Source: Acidimicrobiia bacterium
Lineage (GTDB): Bacteria > Actinomycetota > Acidimicrobiia > Spongiisociales > ZC4RG35
Direction: 5' to 3'
NCBI GenBank assembly: GCA_025922945.1
Contig: JAICGW010000002.1
Span: 1-58,412, forward strand
Length of the DNA: 58,412 bases
The translations under genes and the position numbers were made by a program. Shown here piece by piece: positions 26,706 to 36,473 of this stretch (positions are counted from its first letter, which is position 1; each line of letters starts with the position of its first letter). The notes beneath the pieces are model-generated. The model was not told the origin of the DNA. It did no database searches and saw only the letters and a program-made list of their open reading frames with translations.

Positions 26706-29600
26706 TTACGGCAATCGGTCTGCCGTCTCGGCGACGGTCATGGTGCCGAGTCGCTCCGCCAACGTCGCCAGCATCGCCATTGCTACTTGCGGTCGTTCCT
26801 CAAGAATTCCCTGTAGTTCGGACGCTCCCAGGGCTAGACCCTGCACCCCGTCGTCGCCGGCCACCACATCCGCCGAGCGCGACGCTCGTCGGAGAAAGGC
26901 GAGCTCACCGACGATCTCGCCCGCTCCATAAGTTCGAATCTCGTCCCGACCGTGTCGGATCTCCACCTCGCCCATCACGATCACAAGCACTTCGTCGCCG
27001 ACATCACCCTGGTGATAGATGACTTCGTTCGCCTCGTAGCGGCGCTCGACCGTTACCTGTGCAATCTTCTCTAGGTCTTCGGGGTCGACCTCGGAAAACA
27101 TCGCTACCCGTTGCAAGGCAAGTACCCGCTCGAGGGGAGTAAGAAGATGGCTGTCGCGCACGGTCCATCTTGACACTCGCGTTGGTAGGTCACCTGCGCT
27201 CGCCTCCTGCAGAACACGTCTCGCCAGAGCTCGAATCCATTCGTCGAAGTCGTTGGCGAGTTCCCGCAGGCTCGCCATAGGATGGGCGACGTCTGGGGCC
27301 GCGGTGTCCTCGAGCAACGCGATCAATCCGCGTACGGCGACGTTGCCATGGAATGAATCCAACGCCTCCAGGGAGTAGGCGCGCGTGTCGGGGTCCGAGG
27401 ACCAGACCCCGCGGCGGACCCAGGGCATCTCAAGAAGCCGCGGATCCCGGAACGCGAGAAGCGCCCAACGCTCCAGGCGACGCTGACGCAAGAGCAGGAG
27501 CCGGCGGAGGTAATCGAGGACCGGACCGGCAGTGAGGCCGGCAAGCGCTAGCTGGTGACGACGCAGAAATCGCGCCCGTTCTACTTCGCCGGCTATCCAG
27601 TCTTCGAGCCGCTCCGTCCCTAGGCCGGCATCGGTCATCGCCACCAGCGCCGCTTCTGATGCTCTAACCGACCCGCGCGCCAAAACGTCGATCAGTTTCT
27701 CAGGGGAACTCGACGCCAGGCTTGCGGCCGCCGCGGCCCGCACCTTGATCGATGAATCGTCGAGCAGTTGCTCGAGGATGCCGATGCTCGCCGATCTCGT
27801 TGCCATGGCTTGAGCGGCCGCCGCCCGCACCCGCCGGTCGGGATGGGCCGCGAATTGCTCGGGTGGGATAGCGGAAAGCGAAGGCTCTTTCGCCAGCGCC
27901 AGCAAGGCAGCAATCAGGGCTGATGGATCGCCCGACGCCAGCATCTCGTCGACAACTCTTCGACCTCGCTCACCTTTCACCATCTTCGCTGCTTTCGCTC
28001 GAACAAGGGGGTCGGCATCGCCGAGGACCGTGTCCGCGCTTTCCCCGAGCCTTTCTTGGTGTTGATCAAGCACAGCCAGAGCTGACAAGCGGACGCGGCT
28101 CGACGGGTCGAACAGCATTGACCGAGCGATGTCGACTGAGGCGAGGCTCTCCAGCGCGGCCGCCCGCACCGCCGGGTCCGGGTCGACCAATCGGGGTGAC
28201 AGCTGGCTGCGAGCCGACTCGCCTTGGAGGCGACTCAAGGTTCGGAGAGCCAAGAGCCTGGCCCCTGGCTCGCGATCGCCGAGAGTTTTGACCAGAGCGG
28301 CGAGGCCCTCGGCGTCGAGAGTCGGCTTCTGCGCGCTAGGTAGCGGGGCTGCGAACACATCGACCATCCCCTGCTTCACCGCCGTTGCCAACGCGTTCGT
28401 GTACGCGGGTCGCATTCTTACTACCAGCACCAATGTCACCAGGGCCAGTGACAAGCCGATGGCGCTGCTGGCATCGGGCGACAGCCTGCTGGCGAGCATC
28501 AACAGCCCACCGGACGCCATGGTTCCAAGCTGGGTTGGGACGCCGTTGATGAATGCCATGACCTGGCTACGTCGGCGCCCCGGTATCACGTTGAAGAGTG
28601 CGCTCCATGCGGTGCCGCCGATGGCGTTGACTGCCACCCACTGCCCCGCCCGAACGATGCTTGCTGACAGGAGTCCAAAGGAAATCAGCCAAGACCCAAA
28701 TCCCGAGACATAGACGAGCGGAACGATCAGGAGCGTGGCGACAACTCCGATGTGAGCGAACAGGCGATTGACCAAGAAAAAGGAGGCCAAGAATGTCAAG
28801 GCGGTGGCCGTGGCTGAGAAGAGTCCGAGAAAGCCGGCCACTTCGGCCTCGCTCGCAAACGAATCGGTGACGACGACGCTGAATGGAAAGGAAACGAGAA
28901 AGAAGAGCACGGAGAAGGCTCCGGCCGTCCAAGACATGAGCCTCAAAAGAGAAGTCGTACGGGCCAAGGCCAAGCCTGCTCGCAGGTCATCCAGAAGTCC
29001 GGTTGGGGTCGCCGAGTCCGAGCGCCAGAAGAAGCGGGTTACACGAGTAGTCGTAACGAGGGCGCTGGCCATCAGCAAACCGGCATGGACGAAAAGCAGG
29101 TTCTCGGTGCCGATGGCGCTGGCGAGCGGGCCAGTGACGAGATTGCCGACGACCCCGCCACCAATACCCGCGGTGGCGAACAAAGGGAAGAGCCGCTTGG
29201 CTTGACGCGTCGTACAGACCTCGCCCGCGGCACTCCACATGACTGTGTACGAGAGCAGAATTGCGATCTGAGCTCCGAGCCAAACGGCGACGTAAACCCC
29301 TGACCAGCCGGTAGCAACTCCGAGGCGCTCGAGCAGCACCATCCCCGAAAGAGCAGCCAGCAGGGGAGCAAGCCAGCGAGCAGCCCCTCGGCGTCCGAGG
29401 CCGACGGTATAACCCAACGTCGCCAGCATCAGCACCGGGCCCGAGGTGAGGATCATCAGCGGGAGGTACTCGACTCCGAAGCGAAGAAAGAAGAGCGTGT
29501 CGGCGGCATTCGAGCCCAGCCCGTGCCCAGCCTGGGTGACGGCGAAGAGACCGGCCATCCAAGCGACCATGCGACCTTCGCCCGCCCGGATGTCGACCAT
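26706..29600 (-). CDS. fusion protein: MFS/nucleotide-translocase-like transporter + HEAT repeats + cyclic-nucleotide-binding domain
   Basis: 964 aa. Residues 1-420 are polytopic. Residues 430-720 carry repeated 'D.D..VR.AA...L' HEAT/PBS-lyase-type units. Residues 823-952 form a cNMP domain with 'GEIVGELAFL....RSADVVA'. Confidence 0.7.
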   Translation of the reverse strand: MVDIRAGEGRMVAWMAGLFAVTQAGHGLGSNAADTLFFLRFGVEYLPLMILTSGPVLMLATLGYTVGLGRRGAARWLAPLLAALSGMVLLERLGVATGWSGVYVAVWLGAQIAILLSYTVMWSAAGEVCTTRQAKRLFPLFATAGIGGGVVGNLVTGPLASAIGTENLLFVHAGLLMASALVTTTRVTRFFWRSDSATPTGLLDDLRAGLALARTTSLLRLMSWTAGAFSVLFFLVSFPFSVVVTDSFASEAEVAGFLGLFSATATALTFLASFFLVNRLFAHIGVVATLLIVPLVYVSGFGSWLISFGLLSASIVRAGQWVAVNAIGGTAWSALFNVIPGRRRSQVMAFINGVPTQLGTMASGGLLMLASRLSPDASSAIGLSLALVTLVLVVRMRPAYTNALATAVKQGMVDVFAAPLPSAQKPTLDAEGLAALVKTLGDREPGARLLALRTLSRLQGESARSQLSPRLVDPDPAVRAAALESLASVDIARSMLFDPSSRVRLSALAVLDQHQERLGESADTVLGDADPLVRAKAAKMVKGERGRRVVDEMLASGDPSALIAALLALAKEPSLSAIPPEQFAAHPDRRVRAAAAQAMATRSASIGILEQLLDDSSIKVRAAAAASLASSSPEKLIDVLARGSVRASEAALVAMTDAGLGTERLEDWIAGEVERARFLRRHQLALAGLTAGPVLDYLRRLLLLRQRRLERWALLAFRDPRLLEMPWVRRGVWSSDPDTRAYSLEALDSFHGNVAVRGLIALLEDTAAPDVAHPMASLRELANDFDEWIRALARRVLQEASAGDLPTRVSRWTVRDSHLLTPLERVLALQRVAMFSEVDPEDLEKIAQVTVERRYEANEVIYHQGDVGDEVLVIVMGEVEIRHGRDEIRTYGAGEIVGELAFLRRASRSADVVAGDDGVQGLALGASELQGILEERPQVAMAMLATLAERLGTMTVAETADRLP

Positions 29601-29646
29601 GCGGCGAGACTACGACCCTGCGCCGGCCGAATTGCAGTGGACCTGC

Positions 29647-30867
29647 CTACCGATCCGTGTCGGTCGGGCCGGGGTCCGGCAAGAGCGGAAACTCCCAACT
29701 GTCGTCGGACTTGAGCAACACAGCTCTGGTGACAGCCTTGTTGCCAAAGCGCGTGCGCAAATCATCGATGGCCAGATCGAGTTCCGTTCGGTGATGCTTA
29801 TCAAATGGCAACGCCAGCTGAACCGCGCAATCGTCATCGAGGTTGGCGATCGCCACTCCCACAAGGGTTATCCCTCGTTCCTCGATCAGTGGCATCACAT
29901 CGGACAGCAATTCTCGAGCCGTCTGCAGGATGGTTTCGGTGTTGGCGGTGGCGGTGGTGAGAGTTTGCGATCGGGTGGCTCTCGAAAAGTCGTCGAAACG
30001 CAGACGCAACACCACAGTTCTTCCCACTCGATGACCGCCGCGCAGACGACGGCTGATGCGATCCACCAGGCCGACCACGATTGCTTCCAAGTCCTGTGCC
30101 GTCTTCGGAACCCGGCCAAAAGCGCGCTGAGATCCGATGCTTCGCCGCCGACGACCAACGTGCACCGGCCTCGGGTCCCGGTTGTGGGCAAGAGCGTGCA
30201 GATGGTGACCGGCGGCGGGTCCGAGCAGAGATGCGAGCCATTTCGACGGCAGTGCCGCCACTTCGCCAACTGAGAAGACGCCGGCGTTGTGGAGTTTGGC
30301 CGCCGTGATCGGCCCTACTCCCCACAGTCGCTCCACCGGCAGCGGATGGAGGAAGGCGATCTCCTCCTCAGGAGGTACCACCAGCAAGCCGTCGGGTTTG
30401 GCGACTGCGCTTGCCACCTTGGCCAGGAATTTGGTCCGGGCGACCCCGACGGTGATGGGAAGGCCGACTTCCTTTCGGACCTGATCGCGCAGTCGGACGG
30501 CTATCTCAGTCGGCGTTCCCGAAACACGGCGAAGCCCGCCGACATCGAGAAACGCCTCGTCGATCGACAAGCCCTCGACCATCGGCGTGGTGTGTTCGAA
30601 AACTTCAAATACGGCCTTGCTCGCCTCGACGTAGGCCGAGAAGCGAGGCTCGACCACTATCGCCTGGGGGCAGACTTTTCTGGCTTGCCGACCGCTCATG
30701 GGGGTATAGACCCCATAGGCCTTGGCTTCGTAGCTGGCAGCAAGAACCACACCTCCACCGACGATTACCGGGCGCCCGCGCAGAGCCGGGTTGTCTCTCT
30801 GCTCGACCGAGGCGAAGAACGAGTCGAGATCGGCGTGGAGGATGTGCGCCTGGTCCTTCTCGAACAT
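29647..30867 (-). CDS. dinB: DNA polymerase IV
   Basis: 406 aa. 'ILHADLDSFFASVEQRDNPALRGRPVIVGG' and 'LSIDEAFLDV' are Y-family polymerase motifs. Confidence 0.93.
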   Translation of the reverse strand: MFEKDQAHILHADLDSFFASVEQRDNPALRGRPVIVGGGVVLAASYEAKAYGVYTPMSGRQARKVCPQAIVVEPRFSAYVEASKAVFEVFEHTTPMVEGLSIDEAFLDVGGLRRVSGTPTEIAVRLRDQVRKEVGLPITVGVARTKFLAKVASAVAKPDGLLVVPPEEEIAFLHPLPVERLWGVGPITAAKLHNAGVFSVGEVAALPSKWLASLLGPAAGHHLHALAHNRDPRPVHVGRRRRSIGSQRAFGRVPKTAQDLEAIVVGLVDRISRRLRGGHRVGRTVVLRLRFDDFSRATRSQTLTTATANTETILQTARELLSDVMPLIEERGITLVGVAIANLDDDCAVQLALPFDKHHRTELDLAIDDLRTRFGNKAVTRAVLLKSDDSWEFPLLPDPGPTDTDR

Positions 30868-30901
30868 TTGTTCGAAGCATAGACCCCGGTGGGACGAGAA
30901 T

Positions 30902-31873
30902 CTATGGGAACCGGTTGAACCAGAAAGCCGAAAGCGCGGCGCCGGCCAGCATCAGTACCCCCGCCCCGGCCGCGAAGAGATGGCTGATCTCGCGGACTTC
31001 GGTCACGAAACCTACCTGCGATCCGATCTCGCGATAAACCTCGGTGAGATCCTCAGCCGTCGGTGCATCGAAATACCGCCCTCCAGTTTGCTCGGCGATG
31101 AGATGGAGTGTTTCACGGTCGGGCGGAACCGGGACCGTCTGGACATTGCCCATCAAATCGACGTTGAGCACGGTCCCGGCATCTGTGCCAAGGGCCACGG
31201 CGTAAATCGGAATCCCGAATTCGCTGGCGATCGCAGCAGCCTCGAGGGGTTCATAGGTCCCATCCGTATTGGCGCCGTCGGAGAGCAGCAGGATCGACAA
31301 GGGCGGCTTCTGACCTTCGGGAGCCGAGTCGACCGCGCTCAGCCCGGTTTCCACTGAGAAAGCGATCGCATCACCCAGAGCGGTGCGCCCGTCGGCTCGT
31401 AGGGTTCCAATTGCCTGTCGTAGGAGCTCGCGATCGGTCGTCGCCGGCGAGAGAACTCGCGCCTCGGTGGAGAACTGAACCAGGGCCACCTGGATCTCAT
31501 CCGGCAACTGGTCGATCAGGAGAAGTGCGGACTTCTGGGCGGCGAATAGTCGCGACGGATGCACGTCGAATGCCCCCATCGACCCCGAGGTGTCGGTGGC
31601 CAGAACGACGGTGGCTTGATTGCGAGCGGTGGTCACCGTCGCCTCCGGACGAGCCAGGGCAACGATCGTCGCGGCCAGAGCCAAAAGGGTGAGGGCCGGA
31701 GGAATATGCCGTCTCCACCCCGGAGATGCCTCCACCAAATTGGCCAGCAGATCGAGGTTTGTGAAGCGCACGGCATAACGATGTCGACGGCGTTGCAACA
31801 CGTAGTAGCCGAGGAGCAGGAGCGGAAGCAACGCCAAGCCGAAAAGCGCAGCCGGCCACTGGAAACTCACCAT
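30902..31873 (-). CDS. VWA domain-containing membrane protein (BatA-like)
   Basis: N-terminal TM helix, MIDAS 'VLATDTSGSM', C-terminal TM helix. ATG 31873 (or GTG 31870) overlaps the DUF58 stop. Confidence 0.82.
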   Translation of the reverse strand: MVSFQWPAALFGLALLPLLLLGYYVLQRRRHRYAVRFTNLDLLANLVEASPGWRRHIPPALTLLALAATIVALARPEATVTTARNQATVVLATDTSGSMGAFDVHPSRLFAAQKSALLLIDQLPDEIQVALVQFSTEARVLSPATTDRELLRQAIGTLRADGRTALGDAIAFSVETGLSAVDSAPEGQKPPLSILLLSDGANTDGTYEPLEAAAIASEFGIPIYAVALGTDAGTVLNVDLMGNVQTVPVPPDRETLHLIAEQTGGRYFDAPTAEDLTEVYREIGSQVGFVTEVREISHLFAAGAGVLMLAGAALSAFWFNRFP

Positions 31874-32796
31874 CCCCTCCGATGCCGTCGCAAGAAGATG
31901 ACCAGGGTTCGCAACCAATCTCCGGAAGTTGACAGCACGAGGTGGCGAACCTCGATGGAAGCCAATGCGTTGGCCACCGACTCACGCTCTTTCTGAGCGG
32001 CGCTGGCAAAGCGGCGTCGCATCAGTTCGGAAGTGGTGTCGACTCGCAGCTGCCGGCCGGTTTCGGGATCGGTCAACACCACCTGGCCGACATTGGGAAG
32101 CTCGGTCTCCCGCGGATCGGAGATTTCGATCGCCATCACGTCGTGCTTGAACGCCAGCCTGGCGAGCGGCTGCCGCCAATCGCCCCGCCCCCGGAAATCG
32201 CCCACGACGACCACCAGACCGCGTTCGCGGGCCATCGGACCGAGGCGGGCCAAAGCCGAGCCGAGCGAAGTCGCTCCAGCTGGCTCGGGCTTCAGTTCGC
32301 TCTGAGTGGCGGCGAGGACGCTTCGCAGTCCAGACCGTCCCGACCGAGGGGGGATCGTTATGGGGTCCGCCGATCCGTATGTCACGACGGCGAGACGTCC
32401 TCCCCGGCGTGAGGCGAGGTGACCCATGGCCAGAGCGACCCCTTCGGCGACGTCCCATTTCCGGCGTTCGCCGGTTCCGAATCCCATCGATGGGGACGTA
32501 TCGAGGACGAGCCAGGTGTGAAGGCTCTTCTCGGCAATGTCGACTCTGACATGGGGTTGATTGGTGCGAGCTGTCACCTTCCACTCGATGCGGCGGACGT
32601 CATCGCCGGGCTGGTAGGGACGAACGACCGTCAACTCGGTACCGATGCCGTGAGAATTCGATCTCTGCTCGCCGGGGAGGAGACCCTCGATCTTTCGAGC
32701 CACTTTGATCTCGAGGGCTCGCAAGACCGCCTCTGGAACCGGACCGGGGCCCGGACGATCGCGAGTCCGGTGGCGCCCGAAGGCGACGAGGGTCAC
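31867..32796 (-). CDS. DUF58 domain-containing protein
   Basis: 309 aa. 'VRPYQPGDDVRRIEWKVTART' and 'LVLDTSPSMGFG' are typical of DUF58 partners of MoxR. GTGA overlap with the moxR stop. Confidence 0.85.
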   Translation of the reverse strand: MTLVAFGRHRTRDRPGPGPVPEAVLRALEIKVARKIEGLLPGEQRSNSHGIGTELTVVRPYQPGDDVRRIEWKVTARTNQPHVRVDIAEKSLHTWLVLDTSPSMGFGTGERRKWDVAEGVALAMGHLASRRGGRLAVVTYGSADPITIPPRSGRSGLRSVLAATQSELKPEPAGATSLGSALARLGPMARERGLVVVVGDFRGRGDWRQPLARLAFKHDVMAIEISDPRETELPNVGQVVLTDPETGRQLRVDTTSELMRRRFASAAQKERESVANALASIEVRHLVLSTSGDWLRTLVIFLRRHRRGW

Positions 32797-33809
32797 GCCG
32801 TGTCTCGGGCCAGCTCTATGTCAGGCGCGGGTACCGCCGCAACGACGGCGTCGATGATCGAGTCGGGGGTTATCTCTTCTGCCATTGCCTGATAGGTCAG
32901 GACCAGGCGATGGCGCAAAACGTCTCTCGCCAGGTCTTTGACGTCCTGGGGAAGGGCGTAGCTCCGTCCTCTCAAGAGGGCGAGGGCGCGGGCGGCGTGG
33001 ACCAGATTGATCGGCCCCCGGGGACTCGACCCGTAGGCAACATACGGAGCCAGTCGATCCAGGCCAAGAGCTGCAAGGTCTCGAGTTCCAGTCGCCAGGT
33101 CGACCGTGAATCGAGCTATCGCCGGGTCGACGTAAACCTCGGCGGTGAGCTGCTGCAGCTCGAAGAGCTCGGCAGGGGTGAGGATCTGCCGAACTTCAGG
33201 CTCGGGCCGGAGCGAACGCTCGACGACCGTGACCTCTTCGCCGATCTGCGGATAACCGACGATCACCTTCAGCATGAAACGATCGACTTGTGCTTCCGGA
33301 AGCGGATAGGTCCCATCGGACTCGATGGGATTCTGGGTTGCCATCACGAGGAACGGAGCCGGAACCACGTGGGTCTCCTCCCCGATGGTCACCTGTCGCT
33401 CCTGCATGACCTCCAGGAGCGCCGACTGCACCTTGGCGGGCGCCCGGTTGATCTCGTCGGCCAGCAGGAAGTTGCAGAACACGGGGCCCAGCTCGGTGTC
33501 GAATCTCTCCGCTCCCGGCTTGTAGATACGCGTACCGATCAGATCAGAGGGAACGAGATCGGGAGTGAACTGGATCCGGCGAAAGGTGCCGCCCAGGACA
33601 CGAGCGACCGTCTTGATGGTCAAGGTCTTGGCCAGGCCGGGCACACCTTCAATCAACAGGTGGCCGCCGGCTAGCAGTGAAACGAGGACCCGCTCCAACA
33701 TCGCATCCTGACCGGCGATGACCCGCTTGATCTCGTAGAGGGCGAGCTCCATCCGGTTTCTCACCTCTGACTCCAAGAAAGCCGAACGGTTCTCCACTCC
33801 AGAGGGCAT
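32793..33809 (-). CDS. moxR: MoxR-family AAA+ ATPase
   Basis: 'GGHLLIEGVPGLAKT' Walker A, 'FLLADEINRA' Walker B, 'LEVMQERQVT'. An alternative ATG at 33752 has a stronger RBS (aggtga). Confidence 0.9.
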   Translation of the reverse strand: MPSGVENRSAFLESEVRNRMELALYEIKRVIAGQDAMLERVLVSLLAGGHLLIEGVPGLAKTLTIKTVARVLGGTFRRIQFTPDLVPSDLIGTRIYKPGAERFDTELGPVFCNFLLADEINRAPAKVQSALLEVMQERQVTIGEETHVVPAPFLVMATQNPIESDGTYPLPEAQVDRFMLKVIVGYPQIGEEVTVVERSLRPEPEVRQILTPAELFELQQLTAEVYVDPAIARFTVDLATGTRDLAALGLDRLAPYVAYGSSPRGPINLVHAARALALLRGRSYALPQDVKDLARDVLRHRLVLTYQAMAEEITPDSIIDAVVAAVPAPDIELARDTA

Positions 33810-33913
33810 TCTGACCGGAAAAGAGGTCTACCTGCGCAGAAATTCCTGCGACCCGTTCAAAGGAGATCGAAAGCGCTAGCTACTTGGGGAAGGGAGGAGG
33901 AAGCCTGAGTGGG

Positions 33914-34981
33914 TTAAGACAGCTTGCTCTGAATAGTCCCGGCATTTCGTAATGCCGTGCCATCGGCTCCGGAGACGGAAAAGCTTCGCACCGGTCCAGA
34001 GAGAGCCTCATCGAGCATGCCCGTGAAGAGCTCGCGGCGCGAGAGCGGACGGTCGATCCAGAGATAAGCCGCCATCGAGCCGGGGATCGTGTTGACCTCG
34101 TTGACCCACAGCTCCCCATCGCGCTCGAGAAAATCGATCCGGCAGACCCCGCGCAAACCGGCCGCCACCGTCACCCTCCGGGCCAGTTCAACGATCTCCG
34201 ATCTCAGCTCGTCGGAAATGCGGGCTGGTAGCTCGCGACCCGAACCGACGTCGCCCCCCCACGCCAGGTACTTCTGGCTGTAGCTATAGATGCCCGAGCC
34301 GCTCCGGGTGGGGGCCTCGATCGCAGATAGCTCTACCTGGGGCCAGGTTCGCACCGCCACCTGCAGGTCGCGACTTTCGGCGAGAAACGGCTCCGCCACT
34401 CCCCCGCTCCCATAGAAGGGCGAGGTTGCCACTAGAGCCAGAGCCGAAGCCCAATCCTCCACCACTTCGATTCCGATCGACGACCCGCCAAAACGCGGCT
34501 TGACGATGTACGGGCCCTCGAAGCGAACACCACTCGCGTCGATCACCAACGAGCGATCGAGGGTGGGCAAGCCCGACGCGGCCATCGCGGACCCGAAGGC
34601 GAGCTTGTCCATTCCCAGGGCCGATGCCGCCTGGCCCGGACCCGTGTATCGCAGACCGGCTAGGTCGAAGATGCCCTGCAGGGTCCCGTCCTCGCCCGGT
34701 CCCCCGTGACAGCAGTTGAGCACCGCCGAGATCTGTATCGGACGGCGGGAAACGAAGCCCTGCCCCAGGGACGGAATCAGCTGCACCGCCCGTGACTTGC
34801 GGGGTGGACCGGCGGCGAAATCGATCGCCTCGGCGTCGGGGGACACCTGAAACCACTCGCCGCTCTTGCCCCAATAAAAGGCGTGCACGTCGGAAAGGGC
34901 ATGACAGGCCTGAAGTCCGGTCAGGATCGAGATGTCGTGTTCGTCGGAGGGTCCTCCGAAGACCACCGCAGGTCGGCTCAT
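33914..34981 (-). CDS. ddl: D-alanine--D-alanine ligase (ATP-grasp)
   Basis: 355 aa. 'VVFGGPSDEHDISILTG', 'HGGPGEDGTLQG', 'MDKLAF', 'YSYSQKY' and 'RIDFLERDGELWVNEVNTIPG'. Confidence 0.85.
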   Translation of the reverse strand: MSRPAVVFGGPSDEHDISILTGLQACHALSDVHAFYWGKSGEWFQVSPDAEAIDFAAGPPRKSRAVQLIPSLGQGFVSRRPIQISAVLNCCHGGPGEDGTLQGIFDLAGLRYTGPGQAASALGMDKLAFGSAMAASGLPTLDRSLVIDASGVRFEGPYIVKPRFGGSSIGIEVVEDWASALALVATSPFYGSGGVAEPFLAESRDLQVAVRTWPQVELSAIEAPTRSGSGIYSYSQKYLAWGGDVGSGRELPARISDELRSEIVELARRVTVAAGLRGVCRIDFLERDGELWVNEVNTIPGSMAAYLWIDRPLSRRELFTGMLDEALSGPVRSFSVSGADGTALRNAGTIQSKLS

Positions 34982-34984
34982 TGG

Positions 34985-36472
34985 TTATGGGTAATGATCG
35001 GGTAGGTCGTTCTCGTATAAGACCGCGTCGCCTGCATCGAGGTTCGCTCGCACCCACTCGACGGCTTCCGGTAGTGAATCGACCACGGTAACGAGGGCGC
35101 GCCGCCCGCCCGCTCCTTCTGTCAGCGCTCGGCGATTGGTGTGACCGACAACCACGAGATCGGTCGCCTGCTCGGCCGCCGACTGAGCCCACTCCCGATT
35201 CGCCCGCTCTTGCTCGGTGCCCAACTCAACCATCCCCGGTGTCACCACCACCCGCCTGCCGCCCCCATCGAGGTCGACCAGCGTGTCGAGGGCGGCCCGC
35301 GCTCCGGCGGGGTTGGAGTTATAGGTGTCGTCGATGACGGTCACGCCGCGATCGCTGTGAGAGATCTCCCTTCGATGTTGGGCAACCGGAAGGTCGCCCA
35401 GGCGCCCGGAAAGCGACCGCGGTTCGATACCCAGGCCAATTGCCGCCGCCACCGCCGATGCCACGTTGCCAGGGAAGACTCTCTCACCCACCTCACCGAT
35501 CACCTCGCCCGCGACCCAAACGAGTCCATCGACCACCGCCACGTTGGCGCCGCGATCAATCGTCGATGTCGTCACCACCCGCCCTGCCTGCTTCCGGGCA
35601 AGTTCCGCCAGACGAGGATGATCCTGATTGAGGACCGCCACCGAAGCGGCTTCCAGTATTTCGGCTTTCGCCGCGACGATCGCCTCCTCTGACCCGAATC
35701 GCTCGAGATGGACCGGGCCGATGGCCGTGATCACCGCCACATCAGGGGGAACGAAGTCGCAGAGCTCGCGGATCTCGCCTGGTCCGTAGGTGCCCATCTC
35801 GGCGATGAAGATCGAGGTGCCTGGGGTGAGTTGCTCGTTGATGGCCCGGGCGAGCCCCATGCGATTGTTGAACGATGCGGGGCTCGCCACCACCGAATGC
35901 GTGCCGCCGATCAGGTGAGCCAGATAGTTCTTGGTGGTGGTCTTCCCATAACTCCCCGTGATCGCCACCACCCGCGCACCCGATCCGGCTAGCCGCCCCC
36001 GAGCCCGCTCTACCCACTGATCGCCGGCTCGGCGCTCGGAGCGATTGAGAGTCGCCGCCGCCGCGTCCACCAGACGAGGCACGACAATGATTGCCGCCGC
36101 CGCCGGGCCCGGGTGCGCGACGATCAGCGACCAGGCTCCAAACGCGAGCACGAGGACCCCGGTCGCCAATGCCAGCCTCCGCAGCCGTGGAGTCCAATCG
36201 AGCGGTGAGGTCCTTCCCCGCAGCCCCAGACCCACCGGCCCGACCGCACCGGCCAGACCCAACCAACCGAGCGAGGGCTCGATGAAGAACGAACCAACCA
36301 CACCCGCCACGGCTGCCAGCCCCAACACTCGGTTTACTAGCGACGTGTTCCACCACCGCCAGGCGAAGCGGGTCGCCGCCGGCGGCAGATAGTGCTCCCG
36401 CTGGGACACGCGCAGCCAACGCAGAGCGGCGATCCCGGCTCCGATCATCGAAGCCGCCACCAGAGGCCACAT
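34985..36472 (-). CDS. MurF-like Mur ligase with N-terminal membrane domain
   Basis: 495 aa. Residues 1-130 contain about 4 hydrophobic helices. Then come the Mur central domain 'ITGSYGKTTTKN', 'DTYNSNPAGARAAL' and 'TPGMVELG' (MurF-type). The gene ends 3 nt before the ddl start. Confidence 0.75.
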   Translation of the reverse strand: MWPLVAASMIGAGIAALRWLRVSQREHYLPPAATRFAWRWWNTSLVNRVLGLAAVAGVVGSFFIEPSLGWLGLAGAVGPVGLGLRGRTSPLDWTPRLRRLALATGVLVLAFGAWSLIVAHPGPAAAAIIVVPRLVDAAAATLNRSERRAGDQWVERARGRLAGSGARVVAITGSYGKTTTKNYLAHLIGGTHSVVASPASFNNRMGLARAINEQLTPGTSIFIAEMGTYGPGEIRELCDFVPPDVAVITAIGPVHLERFGSEEAIVAAKAEILEAASVAVLNQDHPRLAELARKQAGRVVTTSTIDRGANVAVVDGLVWVAGEVIGEVGERVFPGNVASAVAAAIGLGIEPRSLSGRLGDLPVAQHRREISHSDRGVTVIDDTYNSNPAGARAALDTLVDLDGGGRRVVVTPGMVELGTEQERANREWAQSAAEQATDLVVVGHTNRRALTEGAGGRRALVTVVDSLPEAVEWVRANLDAGDAVLYENDLPDHYP

Positions 36473-36473
36473 C

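Noticed and set aside
33810-33913. 104-bp gap between ddl and moxR as a possible small RNA or terminator
   Set aside because: I saw only a weak 5-bp hairpin (cgcag-gaattt-ctgcg on the minus strand) with no T-tract. The evidence is insufficient.
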